DNA of 63,076 bases, counting the filler, from Octopus bimaculoides (lineage: Eukaryota): NCBI RefSeq assembly GCF_001194135.2. It is 5 parts of 3 records of this genome, joined end to end, with 100 filler letters (N's around TTAATTAATTAA, not from the genome) between each part and the next. Parts side by side here need not be neighbours in the genome. Positions count along the whole stretch, not along the records: positions 51,606 to 63,076 come from NC_068988.1; 4 more parts are not named here. One strand, given 5' to 3'. The notes beneath the pieces were generated by a model, which searched no databases, was not told the DNA's origin, and worked only from the letters and a program-made list of their open reading frames with translations. Below, piece by piece: positions 51,506-63,076 of the stretch (positions are counted from its first letter, which is position 1; each line of letters starts with the position of its first letter). A program made the position numbers and the translations under genes.

Positions 51506-52699
51506 NNNNNNNNNNNNNNNNNNNNNNNNNNNNNNNNNNNNNNNNNNNNTTAATTAATTAANNNNNNNNNNNNNNNNNNNNNNNNNNNNNNNNNNNNNNN
51601 NNNNNATATATATATATATATACATATATACATATATACACACACACACACACACTTATATATATATATATACATATGTATGTATTTATGTATATTTTCT
51701 TGATTTATTAATTATTCGAATACTTCCTGTAAGGAAGGAGAATGTTTATAACAGAGATTGAAAGCTGCATCATTGAAATGTAGATAAAAATATAATGTCA
51801 TATGTTGAACTTGAGAATAGTTTTGCATATCTTAACTGTTCAGTTTACAGATTGCATTTGTGATGTGCGTGTTAGATGGTTGATTTACTTTTCTGAAAAA
51901 CCCTCGGGTTTGCAGTTATTCATGTATGCATGTATAGAGGTATATTGAATTTCAATGGACATATGTATATATGCATGCAGGAGTATGCATGTATGTATCC
52001 TTATATGTATGCATATATGTACGTATGTATGGAGGGAGGGATGGATGAATGTAAATCATGTATGTATAAATGTATGTATGTATGTTGAATGTACATGGAT
52101 TTATATAGATGTATATTTATATATATATATGTGTGTATGCGTACGTATATATGCATGCGTGTGTGTTTGTGCATGTGTGTGTATATATGTCTAGTTATGT
52201 GTAAGTAGAAATATGTATGGTAGTGATTATAGGAACATTATTTATATTTTATTTAATGAGAACGAACACACACTCATATGCTCATGGACAACTACATGTA
52301 TATACTAAGTGGATAATGGTGACCGTTTTCAGTGATCTCTCGAGCATGCAGCAGATTGCATATTATTCGGCATATCTCTTATCAATCTGTCACTTAAGCT
52401 ATCGCATGACTGGATGCTAACATACACTGTTCACATGCAATCTAAATCTTCAAATCATAAATCTAGTAATTTCAATATGCTACTCGCAATGAAAATCAAT
52501 ATAATGTGCCAACGTATGCATTTTCTGGTTATGAATATGTATAAGCATGCATGTGTTTACCCACATGTCTACGTAAATAGTGTCACAAAAATACACACAC
52601 ACATAAACACTCCAATGTGCATATTGTGTCAATCAAACACATACACGCATACACGCATACACGCATGTGCACGCATTCATTCATGCAGATATACACACG

Positions 52700-52743
52700 C
52701 ACAGTCATGTAAATACACACACATACACACACACACACACGCA

Positions 52744-52784
<41 letters not shown>

Positions 52785-52791
52785 GTATATG

Positions 52792-52823
<32 letters not shown>

Positions 52824-52842
52824 TGTATAGACAGATAGATAG

Positions 52843-52873
<31 letters not shown>

Positions 52874-52880
52874 GATAGAA
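52700..52880. repeat. (CA)n/(TA)n/(TATG)n/(GATA)n microsatellite
   Basis: Read directly. Confidence 0.95.
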
Positions 52881-53519
52881 CTACATATGAGCAGTAACTT
52901 TCAAATCAAAATTATACACTGTAGATAGTCTCTGTAACAAGGAACTGAAATATGCAACATGGATGCTCAAACGGACCTTGAAGCAGAGTATCTCCGAAAG
53001 TCAAGACGATTTTCATTGAAGAATTCTGTTAAAACATTCGCAAAAAAAAAAAATTGAAAAAGAAATAAAAAAACAAACACAGTTTAGAAATATAAACATG
53101 CGGAGAACTCTGTTAAAGAACAGGTTTACCTCACTGCACAGAAGATTATGTCATAGGGAGAAATTAGATTTGAAGCGTCAATAGTGAACTTCATAAGAAA
53201 ATATTTTGAAAAAATATTCTGTATTCAAATGACGTTCGTACACCGAAACGAGCTAATGTGTACTCATTCAGAATATCTCTACATGACCAGTTCTTGTTTC
53301 ACTTTTTCTGATGTGTGGCGTAAGATGTACCATGGCAATGCAGCATAGAAGACTATTGATTCTCCCAGATGATGAATACAATCTCCTATAATTTTTCCAT
53401 TGATGCAATCCTGGCAAAAACAATTGTTATTTGAGTAAATGGAAGAAAACAACCTTGCTCTAAAAAGATCGTAGCAATAATCAAATAGTGAAACAGAGAC
53501 CACGTATATATCTATATCC

Positions 53520-53586
<67 letters not shown>

Positions 53587-54599
53587 CATCTATCTATCTA
53601 TTTATCTATTCATATATATATATACATGCATACATATATATATATANNNNNNNNNNNNNNNNNNNNNNNNNNNNNNNNNNNNNNNNNNNNNNNNNNNNNN
53701 NNNNNNNNNNNNNNNNNNNNNNNNNNNNNNNNNNNNNNNNNNNNNNNNNNNNNNNNNNNNNNNNNNNNNNNNNNNNNNNNNNNNNNNNNNNNNNNNNNNN
53801 NNNNNNNNNNNNNNNNNNNNNNNNNNNNNNNNNNNNNNNNNNNNNNNNNNNNNNNNNNNNNNNNNNNNNNNNNNNNNNNNNNNNNNNNNNNNNNNNNNNN
53901 NNNNNNNNNNNNNNNNNNNNNNNNNNNNNNNNNNNNNNNNNNNNNNNNNNNNNNNNNNNNNNNNNNNNNNNNNNNNNNNNNNNNNNNNNNNNNNNNNNNN
54001 NNNNNNNNNNNNNNNNNNNNNNNNNNNNNNNNNNNNNNNNNNNNNNNNNNNNNNNNNNNNNNNNNNNNNNNNNNNNNNNNNNNNNNNNNNNNNNNNNNNN
54101 NNNNNNNNNNNNNNNNNNNNNNNNNNNNNNNNNNNNNNNNNNNNNNNNNNNNNNNNNNNNNNNNNNNNNNNNNNNNNNNNNNNNNNNNNNNNNNNNNNNN
54201 NATATATATATATATAATTACCAACTCTCTAGATTTATATTGTATGTGCTGTATCCAGACGACCTCTACCTATTAACTGCCATTACTAAGGCAGAAACTA
54301 GATCAGATCCGCATTCTGTTTGCAGTGGAAACACGCACTATTATCTTATCTACTCTGAAAAACAAATTATATGCGACACAATGATGAATTTTTTATGCAG
54401 TCGCTCTACTTGTTGAAAATGCATTCGCATCTCTGTTGGTATTCATTCGTTCCACTTTGCAATAGCAAGTTTTTTTTTTTTTTAGGATGAATTTTAATCC
54501 TCCAGTGATTACTGGAACGGCCATTACTTTTATTGTTCACTATCCCCACGTTAATGAAATCTCTACTTCTAAATCATTTTATTTTGAAGTAATTTACTT

Positions 54600-56545
54600 T
54601 CCTTCTCTGCAAGGAATTGTGACGTTTGTTATGAAGCATTATTGTTTTTATGCCATATACATCTGAATATTTGTTACAAATTCCAAAAATACTTCTATAT
54701 GCCTTCAGTCTCTAATTTTATCTCTGAGCTTCATACCCACTGGTGGGTGTGCTTCTGGTTAATATCCCATTTTATTTTTCCGTGTACTATATATTTCCTA
54801 TACAGAGGTTTCTGTTCCCATCTATCAACCAATTATTTATGCACTTGTTTCCTTGCCATTAATATCACCTTCTTTGCAATAACAGTTGTCACACTGTTTA
54901 TGAAATCAGTAGCACATATTTTGTTGTCCTTCAAAACAGAATAAAACTTGTTAAGCATCTCGTAATTTTCAACTAGTTATAGCATCGAATCGTTAGTTGT
55001 CTTCATATAATTTGCCAGTCAGTTTCAGTGGTTTTGCAAGAAAATTCAATTAGATCAAGTCTTGAATTCCTTGGGCTCTGGGAAGGTAAAGACAATCTAC
55101 GTCTGCCTCTGGGTGTTGCATCTTGTTACAAACCAGTGACTTGCATATTTTTCAGTCAATTTTCTTTACTTCACTGATATAACAGTTCAACACATTGTTG
55201 CTATCAGTAACAACTGGAAGTGCTAAGACATTTCTGTCTAACGCCTTGTTATACCCTTAGCTCAGATTTCAGGACTGCACGAACATTCCCATAACATTTC
55301 TTACTGATCTTCTTTTTTATGCTTGCATGCTGAATGCCAGAGCCTTAATTTATTCCTAGATATTTATAGGTTTGTTCTTGCTTAAGTTCTTTTAAGGTTG
55401 TGTCAACATCTGACACGACTGAATTGGTCGTCTTCAATTTTCCGTTCTGGAAAGTGATCCTGACACACTTGCCAACACCAAACTCCATCCCGATGCCATC
55501 ACTGAATGCTTTCACAGTATGTCATAGACCTTCAAATTCAACATTTTCTTTGCTATAAATTATAAGTCATCATATAAAATAGAATGCTTGTTTCTTTATT
55601 GTCAATTTTATACCCATACCCTGTTTTCTTAAGTTCACTTGTAATGGGTATTAGAACTATGCAAAAGTTAGAGGTGAAAGTGAATAACCTTGGAAAATTC
55701 TAAAGTTGATATCAATATTGTTTGAAGCTAGTACTCCACTGGAATGATATAATTGTAGAATCATATTCCACAATGGCATTATGCTTCAGGAATTTTGAAA
55801 TCACAGAATAAATTTTGGAAGTGTCCAGCGATTTTCAGATCCATGAATGCTGTATGCTATCAAAATGCTTTTTGTAATCAATCCACGTGAGGCAGGGATT
55901 TCTTCGCTTGTTATGAGTGTTCTCAAGGACCATGCGATAAATTAGTAGTTAATCTTTGCATGCATATGAGCCTCGTATGCATCCTTTTTGTTAAGTGGGG
56001 AAATATCGTTCTGTTCAATAAACACGTATGTTTTCTCCACCAGGGCAGATGTTAAAAATTATTATGTGGTGGATAAATACGTTATGTGCCGATAATTGTT
56101 TTGAAACTTTGGTTTCATTATTCTTTGAGTGTAGGTAAGTAATACCACTTGCTAACCAGTCAGATGTTTTCTTAGGATCTCCTATAATTTCATTGAACAG
56201 CAGAATTAACTTTTCTTGTAATCGTGGGAGCAACGGCACTCAGAAATTTAGCATCCTATCTTTACAGGGGAATGTCCACTTATGAGCCTTCGTGTCATTA
56301 TGTATGCCACTGTGATGTCTCCCCATGATTGTTTATGTAAATTTTGATAGGGCCTTTCTCTGAATTTAATCCCTTCCACATTTTCATTGTATGTCTTCTC
56401 ATCACTTCAAATTATTTTCGAAACATTTCAGAGGTGGGTCTTCAATGGTTATTTTCTCCTTCCCTATTTCTTTGTAGAATCTTTTGGCATGAGATGCAAA
56501 CAGTTTATTGTGCTTGCAAAATTTGTTTCTTTTCTATTATATTAT
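54600..56545 (-). mobile_element. R4/Dong-type non-LTR retrotransposon, RT-containing 5'-truncated copy (decayed)
   Basis: KHNKLFASHAKRFYKEIG, WLASGITYL, KGCIRGSY, WIDYKK.FDSI.HSWI, GIFQG.SLSPL, FYMDDL-like, HPEADVDCLYLPR, HQWV.SSEIKLETEG. Confidence 0.9.
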
Positions 56546-56691
56546 TATTGTTCAGTAGTTTTATTTTTATAACGTGCTTTCACTTCACTACCGAGCGCAT
56601 CTCTATGTGCCTAGGGTATGTGCTGTGGTTTGCTGTGATGCTCTTATGGTTACTGTATTGAAAGTGTTTTGCGTAGGATGTGTGCAGTGCC

Positions 56692-56693
<2 letters not shown>
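56546..56693 (-). mobile_element. R4/Dong-type extreme 3' fragment
   Basis: MGTAHILRKTLSIQ* followed by a 3' UTR ending aataaaactactgaacaataataata. It begins directly after (AAT)n. Confidence 0.8.

Positions 56694-56765
<72 letters not shown>
56693..56765. repeat. (ATT)n microsatellite separating Dong-type fragments
   Basis: Read directly. Confidence 0.95.
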
Positions 56766-56766
<1 letters not shown>

Positions 56767-56769
56767 CGT

Positions 56770-57556
56770 CATCATCATCATCAGTAGTAGTAGTAGTATT
56801 TTATTTTAACTCAGGCTTTGTTGAAACTCTTGGACTTTTGCTACCCGCAGCCTACGGTGCCTTGCGATCTGTTCTTTTCAATTATCTAATACTTTCAATT
56901 ATCTAATACTTTCCACATATGCCAAGGAAAAGAAAATAAAGGAGCAATGGGTGGGGGTGGGGGGTAGAAAATTCACAGCGACAATCCACTTCTCAGTGCG
57001 TGTGACGTACCAGTTAAGACAATCTTTTCCACTTCCTGCGTGGATGGTAAGCTAGGGATCATTCTCAAATAATTTTCAGTTCCCTTTTTGATCGTTCTAA
57101 GTGTTCCTACAATCAATGGTAGCTACAACTTTTCGATTGAGAAGCCACATTTTTTCGATTTCAATCAGCAAATCTTTATATTTTCCGAGCTTATCGAATT
57201 CTTTTGCCAAGATATTGTGATCACAAGGTATTCTCATGTCAATCAATAAACAGACTTTATTGTTTTGATCTTTCACAACAATATCTGGTTTATTGTGTTT
57301 GATTGTCCGTTCTGCATGTACTGGAAATTCCCAAAGAATCGTTACATTTACTTCCCAAATTACAGCCTCAGGGTGGTGCTTGTACCACTTGTCGGCAGAT
57401 TTTGATTTGATAATGCCGACATATTATCCAGTGTAGATATTGGCCTGCTCTGTCATGTTTTAAACTCTTTGAAATCTAACACTGGATTAGATGGTTCACT
57501 GTTTTAATTTCATCATTCCAGTATCGGCACTTTGGGTCTACTACATTTTTCATCAC
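56770..57556 (-). mobile_element. R4/Dong-type RLE endonuclease and 3' end fragment
   Basis: Zinc knuckle DPKCRYWNDEIKTVNHLIQC, HDRAGQYLHW, WYKHHPE, HNKPDIVVKD..VCLLIDM, KEFDKLGKYKDL..EIEKMW. Confidence 0.92.
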
Positions 57557-57606
57557 ATTGGCTTACTATTACTGTTAATAATAGTAAGCCAATTATTATT
57601 ATTATA

Positions 57607-57649
<43 letters not shown>

Positions 57650-57650
<1 letters not shown>

Positions 57651-57722
57651 GCAGTGAGCTGACAGAATCGTTAGAACGCCAGGAATAATGTTTAGCGGCA
57701 TTTCAGCTGTGTTTACGTTCTG
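57650..57722 (+). mobile_element. SINE family B, 5' head
   Basis: gcagtgagctgacagaatcgttagaacgccagg...ttacgttctg, truncated just before the B box. Confidence 0.8.
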
Positions 57723-58640
57723 TCATCTCCTCTGAGAAGACGAGTCTGCCGTTCAGGTCCAAGTACATCGCTCAGTCTGGGTCTGAATGCAAAATAGAAA
57801 ACGGAACTACATTTGCTTTCGCCTCTGGAGCTTTCTCACTTTCCTTAAGAAATCTGAAACCCTTTTCGATGCTCTTGCCTTTGTGACTTTGTATTCTTCT
57901 ATCGATGAACTTAGTAGGCAAAGGTTAGAGGTCTTCCAGTACAGATTGACTGACTGAAGCTTTATGGGAACACCCATTCACCTTCTCACGAACTTACTGC
58001 ATGTTGCCTCCACATGATTCATGGCAAAGTCATAAATCAAAAGCAGCCACTGCATTCTGGGTACGATGCCATATTGGAAGCACCGTTCATTGAATCTTCC
58101 AAGAAATTAACTTTTATAAACTTCCTTTACCCAGTTGTCTTGTTTGGTGTTGGGGGTCTTCGGAATATTTAAGCAGCGGACTCCTTTTTCTTAGATTGTC
58201 CGAATCTTGATGCCATTTATCAACTTCTCTTTAAGGATATTCAGGACTTGAAATTTCGTTGGGTTATACTTCAAGCGTGACCATGAGGCTATCTTCTCTG
58301 GTGAACTCTATGTCCACCGGGCCCCGTTGGTTGATGGTGTCATATTCAATACGTCGTCCATGAACGCACTGCAAACTGGATTACATCAGTTTCGGGACCT
58401 CCGGAGTGCTTCCCTGCTACATCTAACTGTTGGCTCTCGGCTGCCACAAACAGCAGCACAGAAATGGTGTACCCTACCTTAATGTTCTTTTCTAGTCACT
58501 GCCATTCAGTGGTGAAATTCGTGAAATTTCCCACGGTGAATTTCATCTTCAGCGAATCTATGTAGGACGTTTTAAATCGACATATTTCTATTCGTTCTTG
58601 GTAGTTCTCAATACACTTTGGAAAATCTGGTGGGGCACGA
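57722..58640 (-). mobile_element. HERO-type RLE retrotransposon, RT remnant with internal deletion
   Basis: MKFTVGNFTNFTTEWQ*LEKNIKVGYTISVLLF, AFMDD, CFQYGIVPRMQWLLLIY, SIEEYKVTKAR, then DLNGRLVFSEEMT (pre-RLE motif). Confidence 0.82.
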
Positions 58641-58907
58641 TTGGCAATTAGAGAAGATCTAGTCATACAACTGGGAGTGATTCGTCACTCTTTCTTGCTT
58701 CCTTAATCACATGGCTGATCTCTGACGTTTGCTTAATGCACCCAGAGTAGCCTGTAACACCTTCTTTCCGCACACTCGTATATGTATAGTGGTGTGCATC
58801 TGCATCTCCTAAACTATTTAATATGAAGCTGAATCGGCCTGTTATTAAATATATCTCCAACGATATATTTGACTGTTGCTTTCACCTCTGGGTGTACATA
58901 TACATGC

Positions 58908-58967
<60 letters not shown>

Positions 58968-59440
58968 TGGAGTATACATATATGTGTGCATATACAAAAT
59001 ATATATACATGTGTGTGTATACGTATGTATATTGCATGGCACCTCAGGCCTATACGTACAACACATCAACGATGTACACAAAAGCAAAAATAACGGTTTT
59101 ATCTTATACATAATAAAAACCCTTGATTAGGGCTCTTTTGGACTAGTGTTATAGGGAACATAATTAGCAATAAAATCTACTGTGACTAATACATAATTGA
59201 CAATAATAGCAACACTATGATTAAAAATAACTATACAGCAGCATATGTGACATATAATCCGAAGACCACTAATTTCAAACTTGATTCCGTTTGAAATTGT
59301 ACCACTTCATGGTGACGCGTATTTTCAAAGATACATAATCCTCGACTAAGAAATATAACATTTCTTTCTATTAGAGGAAAAACAGGTTTCCATAATAGCG
59401 TTTAAGAATACAGTGAATAAATATTTTATTTAATTTGGGA

Positions 59441-59675
59441 GGGCGGTGAGCTGACGGACCCGTTAGCACGCTGGACGTAATGTTTAGTGGTATTTCGACT
59501 GCCGTTACGTTCTGAGTTCAAATTCCGCCGAGGTCAACTTTACCTTTTATCCTTTCTGAGTCGATTAAGTAAGTACTAGTTATGCACTGGGGTCGATGTA
59601 ATCAACTCAATCCATTCGTCTGTCCGTGTTTGTCCCCTCTATGTTAAGTCCCCCTGTGGGCAATAAAGAAATAAA
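59441..59675 (+). mobile_element. SINE family B, full length, alternative tail
   Basis: Head ggcggtgagctgac, B box gagttcaaattcc, central domain, tail gtctgtccgtgtttgtcccctct...gtgggcaataaagaaataaa. Confidence 0.9.
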
Positions 59676-60289
59676 TATATTAAATTTGTATCAGTTATTT
59701 TGGAGTAAATTATGAATCATTATATATATATGGATTCATCTTTGAAATGACTCTGAGGTTTTTCTCTCCCTGTTTCTATTAGTTCCCTTCTTTTCTTTAC
59801 TGTTTAAAAAGAAGAAAAAAAACAGATAAAAAATCAATTGTATTAATTTTTTAAAGTTTTAAATCCCTATTGATTATCTAATAGCAAAATCTCGGGTGAT
59901 ATGGTGTGCTGAAGCACCCAAACAAAAGCAAAATGGTGCTATCAACAGAATATGTAATAAATGAATTACATGGCACGAGCAAATTAGCTAGTTAAAAGAT
60001 CTCAATCAGAAAGCAGTAACTATACTGAGAAGAAATGTTTATCCCCACCTCTACAGGGCTGTTCCGCAGGAATTGACGCTACTACCACTTTAACCCCATT
60101 TTAAACTTAAGAGACGTTACTACCATTTTAACCCCAGCTAGTTAGTCAATACAGTCTGCACCCGATATATATTGCAAGCAGTGGAGCGAACCTCTACCAT
60201 CTTCAAGCGACGAGATCACGCCACCGTACTGCTTCGAGCCCAAATAACTGGAAACCGGAATGCCATGTTGAAGTGGCGATAAAGAATTG

Positions 60290-60781
60290 TATGAAAATAT
60301 GAAATGCTCTTCCCCTGTTTTCACTCATAGGAAAAATATAATCTATAGTCGGTTCTCTCCTCATAAAAAGAATATTCACCCTCTCTCTTATCTCATAGTA
60401 ATCACATCCACTTCTCCACTTCTCTTACTCCTTAAGCTCCTATAGTTAGAAGCAGCAGTTTCCAAACAGATAACGACGTGGATGAAAGGCTGATCGAATT
60501 TCAGATGTTACAAACAAAACTGATAGTAAGGTACCATGGCAAGATGAAATAAATAGGATACCGATCCTAAGAATTCCCGATAAAATAAGAAATTCGGCAT
60601 TCGCACTAGGGAAAATACACAGGAGCTTATGCGTGGCTTGTAGTGCAAACGCTAAATGCAACTAAGTTAGAACCATCACACAAGGCGATTCTATACTGTA
60701 ACTATAAGAAACAAGATTTCTAAAACGAAAAGTAAAGTATACGTAATATACTATGCCTCTTCCTCTCACTTTCACTCTCAC

Positions 60782-60853
<72 letters not shown>

Positions 60854-61312
60854 TATCATTCTCTCTCTTCCGCTCCCGCTATTCTCTCCACTGTTAAAGA
60901 GAAATAGAATAATCGGTCACATTTAAGTTTAATTTTCATTTTAAATGACTGTGAGGCTATTCTCACACTGTCTTTATCGCCTCCATTTTCTCTGCTGTTA
61001 AAAGGGAGAAATGGTAAAGGAAAATCGATCATATTTAATTTTTAAGTTTTAAATGAATATAGACTAACCAGTTTCAAGATCTCGAGTTATGTTCTGCTGA
61101 AGAGCTCAAAAGAGGACAAAATGGTGATATCCACAACTACTGAAATATCTAATAAATAAGTTATATGGAAATATTATATGCTCTTTCCCTCTTTTTACTC
61201 ATAGGAAAAAAGATCTTTGAACATTGGAAAAAATATAAACCTAATGCCGGTTCTTACTCCTTAATTAGAATGTTCAACCTCTCTCTCATTTCATAGTATT
61301 CACTTTCTCTCA

Positions 61313-61356
<44 letters not shown>

Positions 61357-61450
61357 TTATCTCTGTCTCTCTCTCTCTCACTCACTCCCTCTTACTCCAT
61401 AAGCAACATTAAGCAGAAACAGCAGTTTTCAATCAAATCATATCGTTTGG
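60290..61450. repeat. Diverged direct repeats (about 60290-60480 vs 61165-61450; also 60880-60960 vs 60980-61060)
   Basis: Shared ctcttcccct..tt.actcataggaaaa, ccggttct, ctcatagta.tcac, ctcttactcc.taagc and cagcagttt blocks. Confidence 0.65.
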
Positions 61451-62101
61451 TTAAAATTAAATAGTTTGCATGTTACTCTCAAAATTATCAGTTTTACATC
61501 CTCGTGAAGTGAATGGATTTTATTCAGATTTCACAATCGGTTTACAAAATAGCCTTAGTTTATCTCTCGACAGAAAACAACTTTAAGCAGCTTTTATATT
61601 TCTTCGATAGGTATAAAACACCACAGTGCACTTCTTTTCGTGTACTCAAATCTGATATAATGTGAATTTATATTCACTATAAGCAACAGTAAATGTAGGA
61701 AATAGTAGAACTACGTAAACAGCAGCATCTACAGTAACAATATTAAAAACAAAACAGTATTTGCAATAAAAAGAACATCCACAAATACACATCTGTGTGA
61801 AAAACCGCGAGAAAAGTATTAAAAAAATCATCATTTAGGTTGTAGCAACATCTACAACACCTCAAGCGTCAAGCATAAGTAGACATTTTGTACGTTTAAA
61901 TGGAAATCGAAAGATCTTTATGTACACTATAATGAAATTTGTGATTTGGTGGCGACAGCAGGCTCTAAGTATATACGAAGTAGAAAAGCAATCCATCTGT
62001 CTTTTTCTTAGAATTTCTCGAAGTGATACGTGCAGAGAATAGATGTTGAAGGAAGATATTACCTGAAAAGGAAATACATACATACATACACACATACATA
62101 C

Positions 62102-62186
<85 letters not shown>

Positions 62187-63037
62187 ATATTTCTAAATCT
62201 CCATGTAGTTATGTGTGGGTATACATATACAAACACACACACGCACACACACACATTCATCCATACATACACACATACATACATATTTATGCATATTGGA
62301 TAAGCTTGGATTTTCATAAAAAGGAATCAGCGAACTGATACGCACATTCCCTGTACAATCTGTAAGCGGAACAGTAGAACTATGCAAGGCTTTCCTCAAG
62401 TTTACAATGTGATATTGTTTTCGATATCTAAATTCCCACGATTCGTTTTTGTATCTCTGTTAGAAACCACTTCCTTCTTCAAAGGAAGAATTTAAATAGT
62501 TAAAAACAGAAAAGAACATACATACATACATGCAAACAAATATACGTATGTAAATACATACGTACATTCATGCATAAATACATAATACATACTTACATGC
62601 ATACATACATAAATGTATCTACGCGGGTGCTTGTGCGTTTGTGTGTGAGATTGATATGTTTGTATCGGCTTTTTACCGAATAGAAGTGTGTCATATTTTT
62701 AGAAGGAAATTATATATTTTGTGACGTTCAACATCATTCCACAGGAAATTCGGCACTCACATTATTTCAAATAGAGACTGCGTAATGCATTACGTACTCT
62801 TCAAATATATAGACCACTTTTGTTAGTTATAATGTAGATTTCATTGTTCATTATGCATAAATGGTTTTCGCGATTGCCTTTATTGTTATTTCGTTTTTCC
62901 CTAGCATTGATACGGAAGATGTTTTATCAAAGACTTTGATCATATAAAAACGGTACTTTGTCGATGATTCAGATATGCATATAACCTTGCATCCTACACA
63001 CGCACGCACGCACACGCACACACATTTATATTCATAC

Positions 63038-63076
<39 letters not shown>

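Noticed and set aside
59261-59300. CCGAAGA followed by a perfect 10-bp hairpin
   Set aside because: GAAA lies within the hairpin arm, so the hammerhead topology cannot form.
1-63076. CRISPR arrays, prokaryotic operons, rRNA genes
   Set aside because: No regularly spaced repeat-spacer pattern or rRNA-like sequence; the window is eukaryotic repeat-rich DNA.

Overview
AT-rich, microsatellite-dense eukaryotic genomic DNA with many N gaps. The repeat content suggests a cephalopod, probably Octopus (inference; no search run). No intact protein-coding gene is visible: most ORF-track entries are translations of microsatellites or N runs. The recognisable content is decayed transposable elements. Retroelements: an L1/Tx1-type RT remnant, R4/Dong-type RLE elements sitting in (TAA)n tracts at two loci, a HERO-type RT remnant, several Penelope-like element (PLE) remnants and about 27 tRNA-derived SINE copies. 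DNA transposons: two mariners, Tc1, rosa-like and maT-like remnants, a Buster-type hAT deletion derivative with its TSD, and a hAT MITE nested in a SINE. The most notable non-obvious signal is a set of type I hammerhead-ribozyme-like motifs with palindromic stem III (265-314 +, 26664-26722 +, 29354-29401 -, and weaker copies in both arms of a ~290-bp inverted repeat at 34851-35647). All deviate from the catalytic core, and two unrelated copies share the same CCGANGA (U4C) variant. There is also a possible decayed class A GPCR frame at ~40.1-40.8 kb (-) and a few unconfirmed exon candidates. Nothing here demonstrates a new biological system; the hammerhead variant and the Dong arrays are the best leads. 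Repeat boundaries were read by eye and are approximate.
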